From contig JAWBQF010000048.1 of NCBI GenBank assembly GCA_038845975.1, positions 1 to 12,971 of the forward strand: DNA of 12,971 nucleotides, given 5' to 3'. This DNA comes from Candidatus Methanomethylicia archaeon. GTDB taxonomy: Archaea > Thermoproteota > Methanomethylicia > CALHIW01. The notes below the pieces were generated by a model. That model saw only the letters and a program-made list of their open reading frames with translations. It was not told the origin of the DNA and made no database searches. Shown here in pieces: positions 1 to 7,966 of the stretch. Position 1 is the stretch's first letter. Each line of letters opens with the position of its first letter. The position numbers and the translations under genes are program-made.

Positions 1-675
1 TCTTTGTAATCCATATACCGTTCAAACCCGCTATAATCTAGACTCCACGATGCTAGAAAACTTCGATGTTTCCTTCACATCTACAAATGATATATCCTTC
101 TAGTAGATCGATAGATTCATAGTTTCACTTAAGCTCCAGCTTATTCTTATAATCGATATATGAAGACATTTAAGAAAATATATCAGAAGAAATTTTGCTC
201 AAAGTATACGCGAGTAGGAAATACAGTTTTAGTTCTATTGTTAAAGTTAGTTGACAGATCTTGCATTGATACCTTTAGTAAACTCTTCTGTATTAAACCA
301 ACTTAATGACAGTTTCAGAGTAGTAAGCGGAATCATACAAAGCCCAGTAATATAGATTATCTAAGAAGAGGTTTAGGATCTCCATTAGCATGGGATAAGT
401 TTAGGTGAGACAATAAATTAACTTACTCCTACAATAAACTCCATGATTAGGAGTATGAACTTTAGTACTTCTATTATCCTCTACGTAGCTTCAGCTACAG
501 ATATAAGTTTAAGCAGAAATACTTACAGAGAGCTTTTCACTAATTTCCTATATCTTAATATCTTTAGCAAGTCCTCTTAATAGTTACAGTAAGATCTAAA
601 CTTGCTCTAATAGCTTTCTAGTTACTTGCAGCTTCATGAAGCTTATTTAAACATTGTTATAGCTCATATATAACT

Positions 676-2139
676 TCACACAGGTACTTCTTTCATACCA
701 TGCTTTTTAGCTATAGTATTAATAAACTTGTTTAGATCTTTCTCAACATCTAATGGTAAAGGCTCAGGTTTATGTTCCTTCAGTATCCTATCAACTGTTT
801 CCCTTGCTCTATCTAATGAGTTTGTCTTCCCTTTTTCTCTTAGTAATAGTTTAAGAGGTTTCCTATCGATGACTTCACTTGGGAAATAAAGCTCTTTTCT
901 AAACCATTTTAATGTATGCTTTAACGATATGAATACACCCCTATTTACAGCTTCCTCAAATATTTCTAGAGGTGATATTTCTTCAGAGATTGAAGCTCCC
1001 CTTGCAACCCTATAGGCATAGCCACAAATTTCATTATCTAAAACTAATTTTTCTAGGCTTTGAGTAGTCTCAAAGTATAACATGCCAGGACCTGAAATGA
1101 CATTAATTCCTTTTAATACCCCTATTAGTATTCCTATTCCTGTTTCAAAGCCTGCCTGATTATCTACAACTTTTGAATCTGATAGCCCTAAATAGCCGTG
1201 TGTAGGTAATCCAAGGTATTTTCCTATTTCAACATATCCCATCACCATTAAAGTAACTTCAGGTGCACCTAGACAGGCTGTACCATACTTTAAGTCAAAT
1301 GCTGTTGGCGATCCACCATAAATTACCGGTGCTCCCTTATTTGCAAGCTGACTTATAACAATTCCTGAAAGTGTTTCAGCAGTATGCTGAGCTATACAGC
1401 CAACTATTGTTGACGGGCCTGTTGCGGCTAGTTGAGGCATAGATATGAGTTCGCATGGAATATTATATCTTGCACAATCAATTAAATTACTAATTGATAA
1501 GCTGCTCCATTTAAGTGGTGGTGATGGACATACACCAAAAATCGCTATTGGTCTCTTGCTAACATCCTCTACAACTATATCAAGCATCTTCTTCATATCA
1601 TGTATTCCCTCAAAAGTCAGAGGCGCGGCAAATACAGGTTTAACCGAGTATTTTAGGGGGATATACAATCTAAACCGGTCACTAATTAATTCTGGAACGT
1701 CTTTCGGAATTTGTCCGCTTTGAATTTGAATATTCCCCAGATAATCAACAACAGTAACTAGATCTTTAGAGTCTTTTAGAAGGAGATCTCGAATTTCCAT
1801 TGTTTCGCTATCCAGTATAAATATTGCAGCTGATCCAGGTCTAAAGTAGACATTATCCCCTTCAAGAACTATATCATGTTTACCGTCTCTACTATAAATC
1901 TTTATAGATGATGGAGCAGATTTAACAGCCTCTTTCACTAAGTCTGAACATATTTTCACTCTACTCCTCTTTTCATCAATCTCACATCCCGCCTTCCTTA
2001 AAAGATCTAGGGCATCTCTAAACTTTACCTCAATACCTATCTTTTCAAGAAGCTGAAAGCTAATATTAACAATCTCCTCAATGCTTTCACGTGAAAGAAA
2101 ACTTATTTTAGGTATGTTTGAATAAGAAAACTTGCTCAT
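676..2139 (-). CDS. Trimethylamine methyltransferase (MttB) superfamily protein, non-pyrrolysine type (quaternary/methylated amine:corrinoid methyltransferase)
   Basis: 487-aa uninterrupted ORF with family-typical segments: SPPLKW, ATGPSTIVG..AQHTAE, GAPVIYGG, GAPE, GLP....GLSDSKVVDNQAGFE and SLEKLVLDNE. Leu319 (CTA, 1183-1185) occupies the position just before SDxK where methanogen MttB has pyrrolysine. Confidence 0.9.
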   Translation of the reverse strand: MSKFSYSNIPKISFLSRESIEEIVNISFQLLEKIGIEVKFRDALDLLRKAGCEIDEKRSRVKICSDLVKEAVKSAPSSIKIYSRDGKHDIVLEGDNVYFRPGSAAIFILDSETMEIRDLLLKDSKDLVTVVDYLGNIQIQSGQIPKDVPELISDRFRLYIPLKYSVKPVFAAPLTFEGIHDMKKMLDIVVEDVSKRPIAIFGVCPSPPLKWSSLSISNLIDCARYNIPCELISMPQLAATGPSTIVGCIAQHTAETLSGIVISQLANKGAPVIYGGSPTAFDLKYGTACLGAPEVTLMVMGYVEIGKYLGLPTHGYLGLSDSKVVDNQAGFETGIGILIGVLKGINVISGPGMLYFETTQSLEKLVLDNEICGYAYRVARGASISEEISPLEIFEEAVNRGVFISLKHTLKWFRKELYFPSEVIDRKPLKLLLREKGKTNSLDRARETVDRILKEHKPEPLPLDVEKDLNKFINTIAKKHGMKEVPV

Positions 2140-2162
2140 ACCATTCTTAAAGAGATTTTAAA

Positions 2163-2177
2163 TATTTAAACTTTTTC
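2163..2177 (-). promoter_or_regulatory. BRE-TATA promoter of the MttB-family gene
   Basis: Minus strand reads GAAAAAG-TTTAAATA, with the TATA box about 24 nt upstream of the ATG at 2139. This fits a leaderless archaeal transcript. Confidence 0.7.
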
Positions 2178-2187
2178 ATAGTCCAGG

Positions 2188-2248
2188 GGCTTTGTTAACT
2201 TTAGATTTATTTGGATTCTTCCTTATTTGTGGTGTGTTTATGGTTAAA
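2188..2248 (+). mobile_element. Truncated left-end fragment of the IS6-family element
   Basis: 2187-2214 is identical over 28 bp to 3162-3189 (GGGCTTTGTTAACTTTAGATTTATTTGG). Similarity continues to ATGGTTAAA, the putative transposase start, and then stops. Confidence 0.8.
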
Positions 2249-2353
2249 TGAATTATTATATGATAGACATAATACTAAGGCATTAAAGCTAATAGATAAC
2301 CACTCTGGAGATTACTTGCCATACTGTTTATCGAGCTTGATTCACTCCCTACC

Positions 2354-2866
2354 TTAACTTTCAGTCTTTCCTTTCATGTGCAGATAGTGTTTCATGTATT
2401 CATGGTATTGTTTTATAAGTTCTTTTGGGAATGGATTAACCACCACTACTTCCTTTACTTTGCTAAGCTCTTCATCCAGGGTATATATTATTGAGTTTCC
2501 TAGCCTCTTAGCTAGCTCTATGATGTAGCCATCCCATGCCTCTATATTATAGTATGTAGCATAATCTATTGCTTGTATCGCTATATCTGGTGTTATATGG
2601 GGGTAGAAGGCAGGAGATTTTGTTAAGATCATCTCCGTTAAAACATGTTTCACCTCGAGTCTAGGGAGTTTAAGATATCTCGTCGCTACATGGTATGCAC
2701 CTATAACTGTTGAGACAGGTATAGCAATTCTTCTCTTCTGTTTCAGTATGTCTGCTAGGAACTCAACTGCCCAGTTCTTCAGGGGATTATTAAATAACGT
2801 TACTACTATTATGCTTACGTCAGCTACGCCTTCCAGATATGCCAAGCTTCCTCTCAGCATATTCAT
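2354..2866 (-). CDS. vapC: PIN-domain (VapC-like) toxin/ribonuclease
   Basis: Acidic PIN residues: N-terminal VADVS, WDGYI and TLDEEL. It overlaps the 3' end of the upstream AbrB-type gene. The true start may be the TTG at 2845, which is preceded by GAGAGGA. Confidence 0.8.
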   Translation of the reverse strand: MNMLRGSLAYLEGVADVSIIVVTLFNNPLKNWAVEFLADILKQKRRIAIPVSTVIGAYHVATRYLKLPRLEVKHVLTEMILTKSPAFYPHITPDIAIQAIDYATYYNIEAWDGYIIELAKRLGNSIIYTLDEELSKVKEVVVVNPFPKELIKQYHEYMKHYLHMKGKTES

Positions 2867-3113
2867 GACTCATCCACTTCCAGCTTTCCTCAATATCTTC
2901 TGAGAATGGCTTTAGATTAGTCTTTAATGCAGCTTCAACCCACCTATTAGTAGAGCCTTCAAGATCTTTTGAGGAGAGCTCAATAACTATCCTTCCCCCT
3001 TCAACCCTTACTAATACCTCTACTTCCCCATTTATTCCTAGAGTTCTTCTCACGCTAGCCGGTATAACTAGCCTACCCTGTTTATCGATCTTAACGTATT
3101 CCACTTTATACAC
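2820..3113 (-). CDS. AbrB/MazE/SpoVT-family antitoxin (VapB-like)
   Basis: Has the swapped-hairpin motif VKIDKQGRLVIPASVRRTLGI...EGGRIVI. The ORF track starts at 3137, but that overlaps the TATA box (3137-3144), so GTG 3113 or TTG 3116 is the more likely start. Confidence 0.85.
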   Translation of the reverse strand: MYKVEYVKIDKQGRLVIPASVRRTLGINGEVEVLVRVEGGRIVIELSSKDLEGSTNRWVEAALKTNLKPFSEDIEESWKWMSHEYAERKLGISGRRS

Positions 3114-3136
3114 CAAATGGATTAAATCACACCACA

Positions 3137-3151
3137 CTTATAAATCTTTTC
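3137..3151 (-). promoter_or_regulatory. BRE-TATA promoter of the AbrB-VapC operon
   Basis: Minus strand reads GAAAAGA-TTTATAAG, about 24 nt upstream of GTG 3113. Confidence 0.65.
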
Positions 3152-3162
3152 CTAGAACAGAG

Positions 3163-3860
3163 GGCTTTGTTAACTTTAGATTTATTTGGGAGCTCTCTCC
3201 CCTATTTATGGTGTTAATATGGTTAAAGTTGTTAAGTTTGTTAGGAGAGAACTCCATTTACTCTAGTTGTTTATTGCTTATATATTTTCGTTCATCTAGA
3301 ATGGCTTCAGATATTCTAAGCTTATTGTTGTTAGGAGTTATTCTATATTATCGTGGTTTATCTTAATCTTCTATTGATAGGAGGGATGTTAGGATTATGG
3401 TTGATGATACTATTGTAAGTGTAGGTTTTAAGAGTAAGGTTATTTATGTTGTGTTTTGAGCCATTATTGAGGAGGATTCTATATGTATGGGTTTGCGATG
3501 TTTCAAATATACTTACATCACTAACATTCCTTAAGAAGATTAGAGCTATCTATGGTTCAAATATAGTTGTATTAAGTGATGGAGCTCAATACTATAAGCA
3601 TCATGAGAATATTAAAATTAAACATTATATAGTTTAGAGGTTAGAATTAATGGAGGGAATAATACAGTATACTAGGATAGATAAACTATTCGATAACTAC
3701 ATACCATATGAAGGATAGATGTGATGGTGAACATGTATTAATTCTTATAAAATCAATAATATAGCTAAAAAACATGGATTAATAAGAGGATAAAAGCTAA
3801 TAATTCACAGAAACACAATATCAAAATATAGGTAATAAACATGCTTAAGTTAGCAAAGCC
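3163..3860 (+). mobile_element. Degenerate IS6-family insertion sequence, copy 1 (~698 bp)
   Basis: 14-bp terminal inverted repeats GGCTTTGTTAACTT (3163-3176) and AAGTTAGCAAAGCC (3847-3860), with 1 mismatch and GG termini typical of IS6. Internal DDE transposase remnants are present. No target-site duplication is visible. Confidence 0.85.
3219..3800 (+). pseudogene. IS6-family DDE transposase pseudogene (multiple stops/frameshifts)
   Basis: Fragments lie in different frames: ATG MVKVVKF at 3219, RIMVDDTIVSVG at 3391, FEPLLRRILYVWVCDVSNILTSLTFLKKIRAIYGSNIVVLSDGAQYY (ORF 3446-3637), LMEGIIQY and LFDNYIP. They match the archaeal IS6 VDET / TDGxxxY / (N)xxER...FDN pattern. The 3' boundary is approximate. 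Confidence 0.75.
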
Positions 3861-4055
3861 GTTATAGGAGTAAAAAAGTTTATAACAAATACAATGTTAA
3901 AGATGAATTCTATAAATTTATTTAATCATTAAATCTTAAATATACCTCTTGTGTTTTAGCTCCTAAATCACTCTAAATTATGGATGCCTGAGGCCTTATG
4001 AGGCTATATTAATCTAATAGTTATTACTTAGGTTTATGAAAAAGCTTAATCATGC

Positions 4056-4069
4056 AAAAATAGAAAAAA
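4056..4069 (-). terminator. Putative oligo-T terminator of the substrate-binding protein gene
   Basis: Minus strand TTTTTTCTATTTTT begins about 22 nt after the stop at 4091. Confidence 0.4.
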
Positions 4070-4090
4070 TAGAATGTTATGCTAGCTATT

Positions 4091-5374
4091 TCATTTCCAT
4101 GATGGTTTAGGGAATATTAGTTCCCCTTCCTTTATAGCTTCAGGTGCTAATGCGATTAGTTTTCCGTTTTGAACTTGGATTACTACCAGATACTTAGCAA
4201 GCTCTATGTTTACATGCCAGTGTGCTTCCTCTGTTGAGAATTTTATTGGTCCAAGAATTGTTTCAACAGTTGCTTCCTCAGCTGCTTTTCTTAAAGCTTC
4301 GCGTTTCTCAGCATTAAATGGTGGAGTTAATTTTTTGGTTTCAAGTAGTTTCTGTACAAAAACACCTGTTGCTGCACAGCTCGCTTCACTATAATCAGGT
4401 TCTCTGCCATGAATGTTTTCAAATAGTTTTAAGAAGTTGCTTGGTGAATTAAAAACAGGATCTTTCCATGAGGCTTTGGGTGACCACATTGTAACGCCTA
4501 AAGCATAGTTGGCATCAGGTCCTAATTGACCTAGGAAATCTGCAGTATCTATGCCCCAGTGGAATACCATGATTTTAGGGTTAAAATCAAGCTCTTTAGC
4601 ATTTCTTACAACTACGACATGATTAGATGGATGTCCAGCATTAATAAGAACATCGGGATTTAAGGGTTTTATCTTGGTAATTAGTGGGGATAGGTCAGTA
4701 CTTCCTAATGGGTAAATCTCGTAGAAGACTACTTGAAATCTTTTTCTTTCACATTCAGCTTTAAAGCTTTCAGCTAAACTCTTAGAGAAGGCATCATCAG
4801 CACCTATTATAGCAACAGTTTTTAATGGTAGTTTAGATATGAATTCAATTATAGGTATTGGTGTTTCTCTAGTTGTTACTAAAAATTGAAATGTCCATTT
4901 AGATTTCTTTTCCGGTATTAAGTGGGATTCAGGTGAACCGCAGAAGTATGGTATCCCATACTTATCGATTACCGGTATTGTTCCGAGACAAACAGCACTA
5001 CTATATGGTCCGAAGAGAAAGTCTACACCATCAGCTATAGCTTTATCAACAGCTTTAGCTCCCTCTGCAGGATCGCTCTTAGCATCATAGTAAATCAATT
5101 CTACCCTATAGGATTTTCCATCAATTGTAATTCCTCCTTTATCATTAACTACCTTAACCCAAAGATCGTACCCCCTTTTACAAACATAGCCTCCCCTTGA
5201 AAGTTCTCCTGTTAACTCCAGTATAACACCTATTTTAAAATAATCTCTTTCAGGAGCTGGTTTAAGTAGCATATATGCGGCCACGGCAATAGCAGCTATT
5301 ATAATGACAACGATGATGATAATTACTAGTACTCTAGCAATAGCACTTTTACTAGAAATACTTATTTTATTCAT
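4091..5374 (-). CDS. ABC transporter substrate-binding protein, LIV/HAAT (periplasmic binding protein type 1) family
   Basis: N-terminal membrane anchor, KIGVILELTG, YYDAKSDP, FLFGPYSSAV, DDAFSKS, DLSPLITKIK..NPDV and TILGPIKF motifs. Cognate LIV-type ATPases and permeases are nearby. Confidence 0.9.
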   Translation of the reverse strand: MNKISISSKSAIARVLVIIIIVVIIIAAIAVAAYMLLKPAPERDYFKIGVILELTGELSRGGYVCKRGYDLWVKVVNDKGGITIDGKSYRVELIYYDAKSDPAEGAKAVDKAIADGVDFLFGPYSSAVCLGTIPVIDKYGIPYFCGSPESHLIPEKKSKWTFQFLVTTRETPIPIIEFISKLPLKTVAIIGADDAFSKSLAESFKAECERKRFQVVFYEIYPLGSTDLSPLITKIKPLNPDVLINAGHPSNHVVVVRNAKELDFNPKIMVFHWGIDTADFLGQLGPDANYALGVTMWSPKASWKDPVFNSPSNFLKLFENIHGREPDYSEASCAATGVFVQKLLETKKLTPPFNAEKREALRKAAEEATVETILGPIKFSTEEAHWHVNIELAKYLVVIQVQNGKLIALAPEAIKEGELIFPKPSWK

Positions 5375-5395
5375 CAGTAAATATAATACATAACA

Positions 5396-5419
5396 AATAT
5401 ATAACTATTTCGCTAAATT
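5396..5419 (-). promoter_or_regulatory. BRE-TATA promoter of the SBP gene
   Basis: Minus strand reads GCGAAATAG-TTATATATT, about 22 nt upstream of the ATG at 5374. Confidence 0.55.
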
Positions 5420-5440
5420 TATGAGGTGTGGCAATTTAGC
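5412..5440. promoter_or_regulatory. Inverted repeat GCTAAATT-N13-AATTTAGC, candidate operator
   Basis: Perfect 8-bp arms at 5412-5419 and 5433-5440, abutting the BRE of the SBP promoter. Confidence 0.35.
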
Positions 5441-5764
5441 ATATTATAGCTTTCTTCTTAAGTTGTAATGTTGTCCAAACAAGCCAGGTTTATGTCTTGG
5501 CTTCCTCCTATTCCTTTTTATGAATATTCTTAATTTATGATTTTATGCTGGGTAAGATGAGTATGAAAAATAGTTCAATAATACTTAAATTAAATATGTG
5601 TTAGGTAATTCGAAAGAATTTACTAGTCCATTTTAAAAAGGATAAGAATCTAAATATATTCCTAAGTTTATTCATATCCTACTACTTCTACTACTATTAT
5701 ACCATGAAACATGGAGGTGTTTAAGAATACTTATTTAACAGTATCCAAGTTGCTACGTCCTGCT

Positions 5765-5813
5765 AATTCTGCGAAATACTTAAATAGTCTTAGATGTTGT
5801 TAGGTATGGTGAT
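5765..5813 (+). promoter_or_regulatory. BRE-TATA promoter and SD of the aminotransferase-ATPase operon
   Basis: GCGAAATAC-TTAAATA at 5771-5786, and GGTGAT at 5808-5813 just before GTG 5817. Confidence 0.55.
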
Positions 5814-5816
5814 TTC

Positions 5817-7202
5817 GTGAGTTTGGTTTATGAGGAATTGTTTAGGAATTTACATTACTTAAATGCTCCAAGTATTAATGTGGTTCCTCCAGGACCTAGG
5901 GCTAGAGTTCTTTTAGAGAGGCAGAGTAGGCTTGAAGGTAAAGCAGTATTGTATCCATTATCTATCCCTCTTGTTCCTGAGGAGGGATTTGGGGCTACGG
6001 TTAAGGATGTCGATGGTAATGTCTATATAGATTTCTTTGCTGGAATTTCTGTTGCAAACTTCGGATACTCTAATCCATATATTGTTGAGGCTGCATTAAA
6101 TCAGTTAAGAAAGATTGTGCATACATTGGATTTTCCAAGTGAGCCTAGGGAGGAGCTTGCTGAGAAGCTTATTTCAATAGCTCCTGAAGGATTAAGGGGT
6201 AAATGTAAGGTTTTATTTGGTGGACCTACAGGTTCCGATGCTGTTGAGGCTTCTATAAAACTTGCTAAATGGTTTACTAAGAGGAGGGTTATTCTTGCCT
6301 TTGAGGGGAGTTATCACGGGCAGACATCGATGGCTTTAAATCTATCTAGTGGAAGAATCTTTAAGGATCCATACATACCTCTAGCTCCGGAAGTACATTT
6401 TCTACCATATCCATACTGTTATAGATGTCCATTTAAGCTACAGCATCCAGAATGCAATATTGTATGTGTAGATTATGTTGAGCATTTAATTGAGGATCCA
6501 TACTCGGGAATACCATCACCTGCAGCAATAATAGTTGAGCCAATACAGGGTGAGGGGGGAATAATAGTTCCACCATTAGAATTCCTCCCAAAGCTTAGAA
6601 GAATATCTGAAAAATATGGAGTCCCACTAATAATTGATGAGATACAGTCAGGTATGGGTAGAACCGGAAAATGGTTTGCATGTGAGCATAGCGGTATAGA
6701 TCCGGACATAATGACGGTATCTAAGGCTATAGGTGGACTTGGACTACCATTATCGGCAATAATGTATAGGGAGAACTATGATGTATGGGATCCTGGAGCA
6801 CATTTAGGAACCTTTAGAGGGCATGTATTAGCAATGAAGGCAGGAATAGCAGCAATAGAGTTTGCAGAAAAGAATAAATTGCTAGATCATGTTCAGAGAA
6901 TAGGTGAGGAAGCATTAAAATACTTGAAAGATCTTGCTGAAGAGATTAAAATTATCGGTGATGTTAGGGGGAAAGGATTAATGATAGGAATGGAAATTGT
7001 TAAGGATAAAGAAAGCAAAAAGCCAAATAAAGAAGCAACTGTAGAAATACAGATTAAAGCATTCAAAAAAGGATTAATAATATGGAAAGCAGGACACTAC
7101 TCAAACGTAATTAGACTCTTACCGCCTCTAACAATTACTAGAGAACTAATGATTAAAGGATTAGAAATACTTAGAGAGACACTAATTGAGGCTAAAGGAT
7201 AG
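5817..7202 (+). CDS. Class III PLP-dependent aminotransferase (4-aminobutyrate / 2,4-diaminobutyrate transaminase-like)
   Basis: Motifs DVDGNVYIDF, TGSDAVEASIKLA, FEGSYHG, EPIQGEGG, DEIQSGMGRTG, DIMTVSKAIGG (PLP lysine), HLGTFRG, DVRGKGLMIG and IRLLPPLTI. Confidence 0.9.
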   Translation: MSLVYEELFRNLHYLNAPSINVVPPGPRARVLLERQSRLEGKAVLYPLSIPLVPEEGFGATVKDVDGNVYIDFFAGISVANFGYSNPYIVEAALNQLRKIVHTLDFPSEPREELAEKLISIAPEGLRGKCKVLFGGPTGSDAVEASIKLAKWFTKRRVILAFEGSYHGQTSMALNLSSGRIFKDPYIPLAPEVHFLPYPYCYRCPFKLQHPECNIVCVDYVEHLIEDPYSGIPSPAAIIVEPIQGEGGIIVPPLEFLPKLRRISEKYGVPLIIDEIQSGMGRTGKWFACEHSGIDPDIMTVSKAIGGLGLPLSAIMYRENYDVWDPGAHLGTFRGHVLAMKAGIAAIEFAEKNKLLDHVQRIGEEALKYLKDLAEEIKIIGDVRGKGLMIGMEIVKDKESKKPNKEATVEIQIKAFKKGLIIWKAGHYSNVIRLLPPLTITRELMIKGLEILRETLIEAKG

Positions 7203-7229
7203 TAAGTATAAAGGCTGAAGGGGTAATCA

Positions 7230-7955
7230 TTGCTTGAAGGCATAAATGTAACTAAGTATTTCGGGGGGCTAGTAGCCTTAAAAAATATAAATTTCAGCAT
7301 TAGGAAAGGTGAAATACTAGGTTTAATTGGACCTAATGGAGCAGGTAAAACTACACTGTTCAACATTATTTCCGGAGTTATTAAACCAACAGCTGGTACT
7401 ATTAGATTCCAGGGTAATGATATAACTGGAGAACCACCACATAAAATATGTAAAATGGGTATTGCAAGAACGTTTCAAATAGTTCAACCATTCCTTAACA
7501 TGAGTACTCTTGAGAACGTAATGGTTGGCTTACTTTACGGTAGGAGGAATATGAGTGTTCTGGAAGCCAGAAAAGAGGCTTTAAGTATTTTAGAGCTTTT
7601 AGGAATTAAGGAGAAAAGCATGATTCCAGCTGGAAAACTTACGCTTATTGAGAGGAGAATGCTTGAATTAGCAAGAGCATTATCAACAGAACCTCATATA
7701 ATACTCCTAGATGAAGTGCTTGCAGGACTTAACCCTACCGAAACTATGAAAGCTGTAGGCATAATTAGGAGGCTTAGAGATGAATATGGAATAACCATTT
7801 TCTGGATTGAGCATGTAATGCGTGCTATAATGACTGCAGCTGATCGAATAATTGTCCTTCATTACGGTGAAAAAATAGCTGAAGGAACCCCTAAGGAAAT
7901 AGTGAAAGACTTAAAAGTTATTGAGGCATACCTAGGGAGGAAGTATAGATCTTAA
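7230..7955 (+). CDS. livG: Branched-chain amino acid-type ABC transporter ATP-binding protein (LivG-like)
   Basis: KYFGGLVAL, Walker A GPNGAGKTT, GIARTFQ, Walker B LLDE, IEH switch and C-terminal EAYLG. TTG start after GAAGGGG. Confidence 0.9.
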   Translation: MLEGINVTKYFGGLVALKNINFSIRKGEILGLIGPNGAGKTTLFNIISGVIKPTAGTIRFQGNDITGEPPHKICKMGIARTFQIVQPFLNMSTLENVMVGLLYGRRNMSVLEARKEALSILELLGIKEKSMIPAGKLTLIERRMLELARALSTEPHIILLDEVLAGLNPTETMKAVGIIRRLRDEYGITIFWIEHVMRAIMTAADRIIVLHYGEKIAEGTPKEIVKDLKVIEAYLGRKYRS

Positions 7956-7966
7956 CGGTGTAGCTC

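Noticed and set aside
337-345. ACAAAGCCC, matching the IS terminus on the reverse strand
   Set aside because: Only about 9 bp match, with no GTTAAC core and no further similarity to the element, so it is likely chance.
1183-1185. Possible pyrrolysine amber codon in mttB
   Set aside because: TAG appears only on the non-coding plus strand. The coding codon is CTA (Leu) and the ORF is uninterrupted.
1445-1723. 92-aa plus-strand ORF
   Set aside because: Entirely antisense to the MttB-family gene and has no recognisable motifs, so it is a shadow ORF.
3446-3637. 63-aa ORF (and its counterpart 11044-11232) as independent small proteins
   Set aside because: They are frameshifted fragments of the IS6 transposase pseudogenes.
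3150-3875. Target-site duplication around IS copy 1
   Set aside because: The flanks (…GAACAGAG / GTTATAGG…) show no 8-bp direct repeat.
4206-4394. 62-aa plus-strand ORF
   Set aside because: Antisense shadow within the SBP gene.
6473-6709. 78-aa minus-strand ORF
   Set aside because: Antisense shadow within the aminotransferase.
7097-7366. 89-aa minus-strand ORF (VVLPAPLGP)
   Set aside because: Classic antisense reading of an ABC Walker A region, overlapping two real genes.
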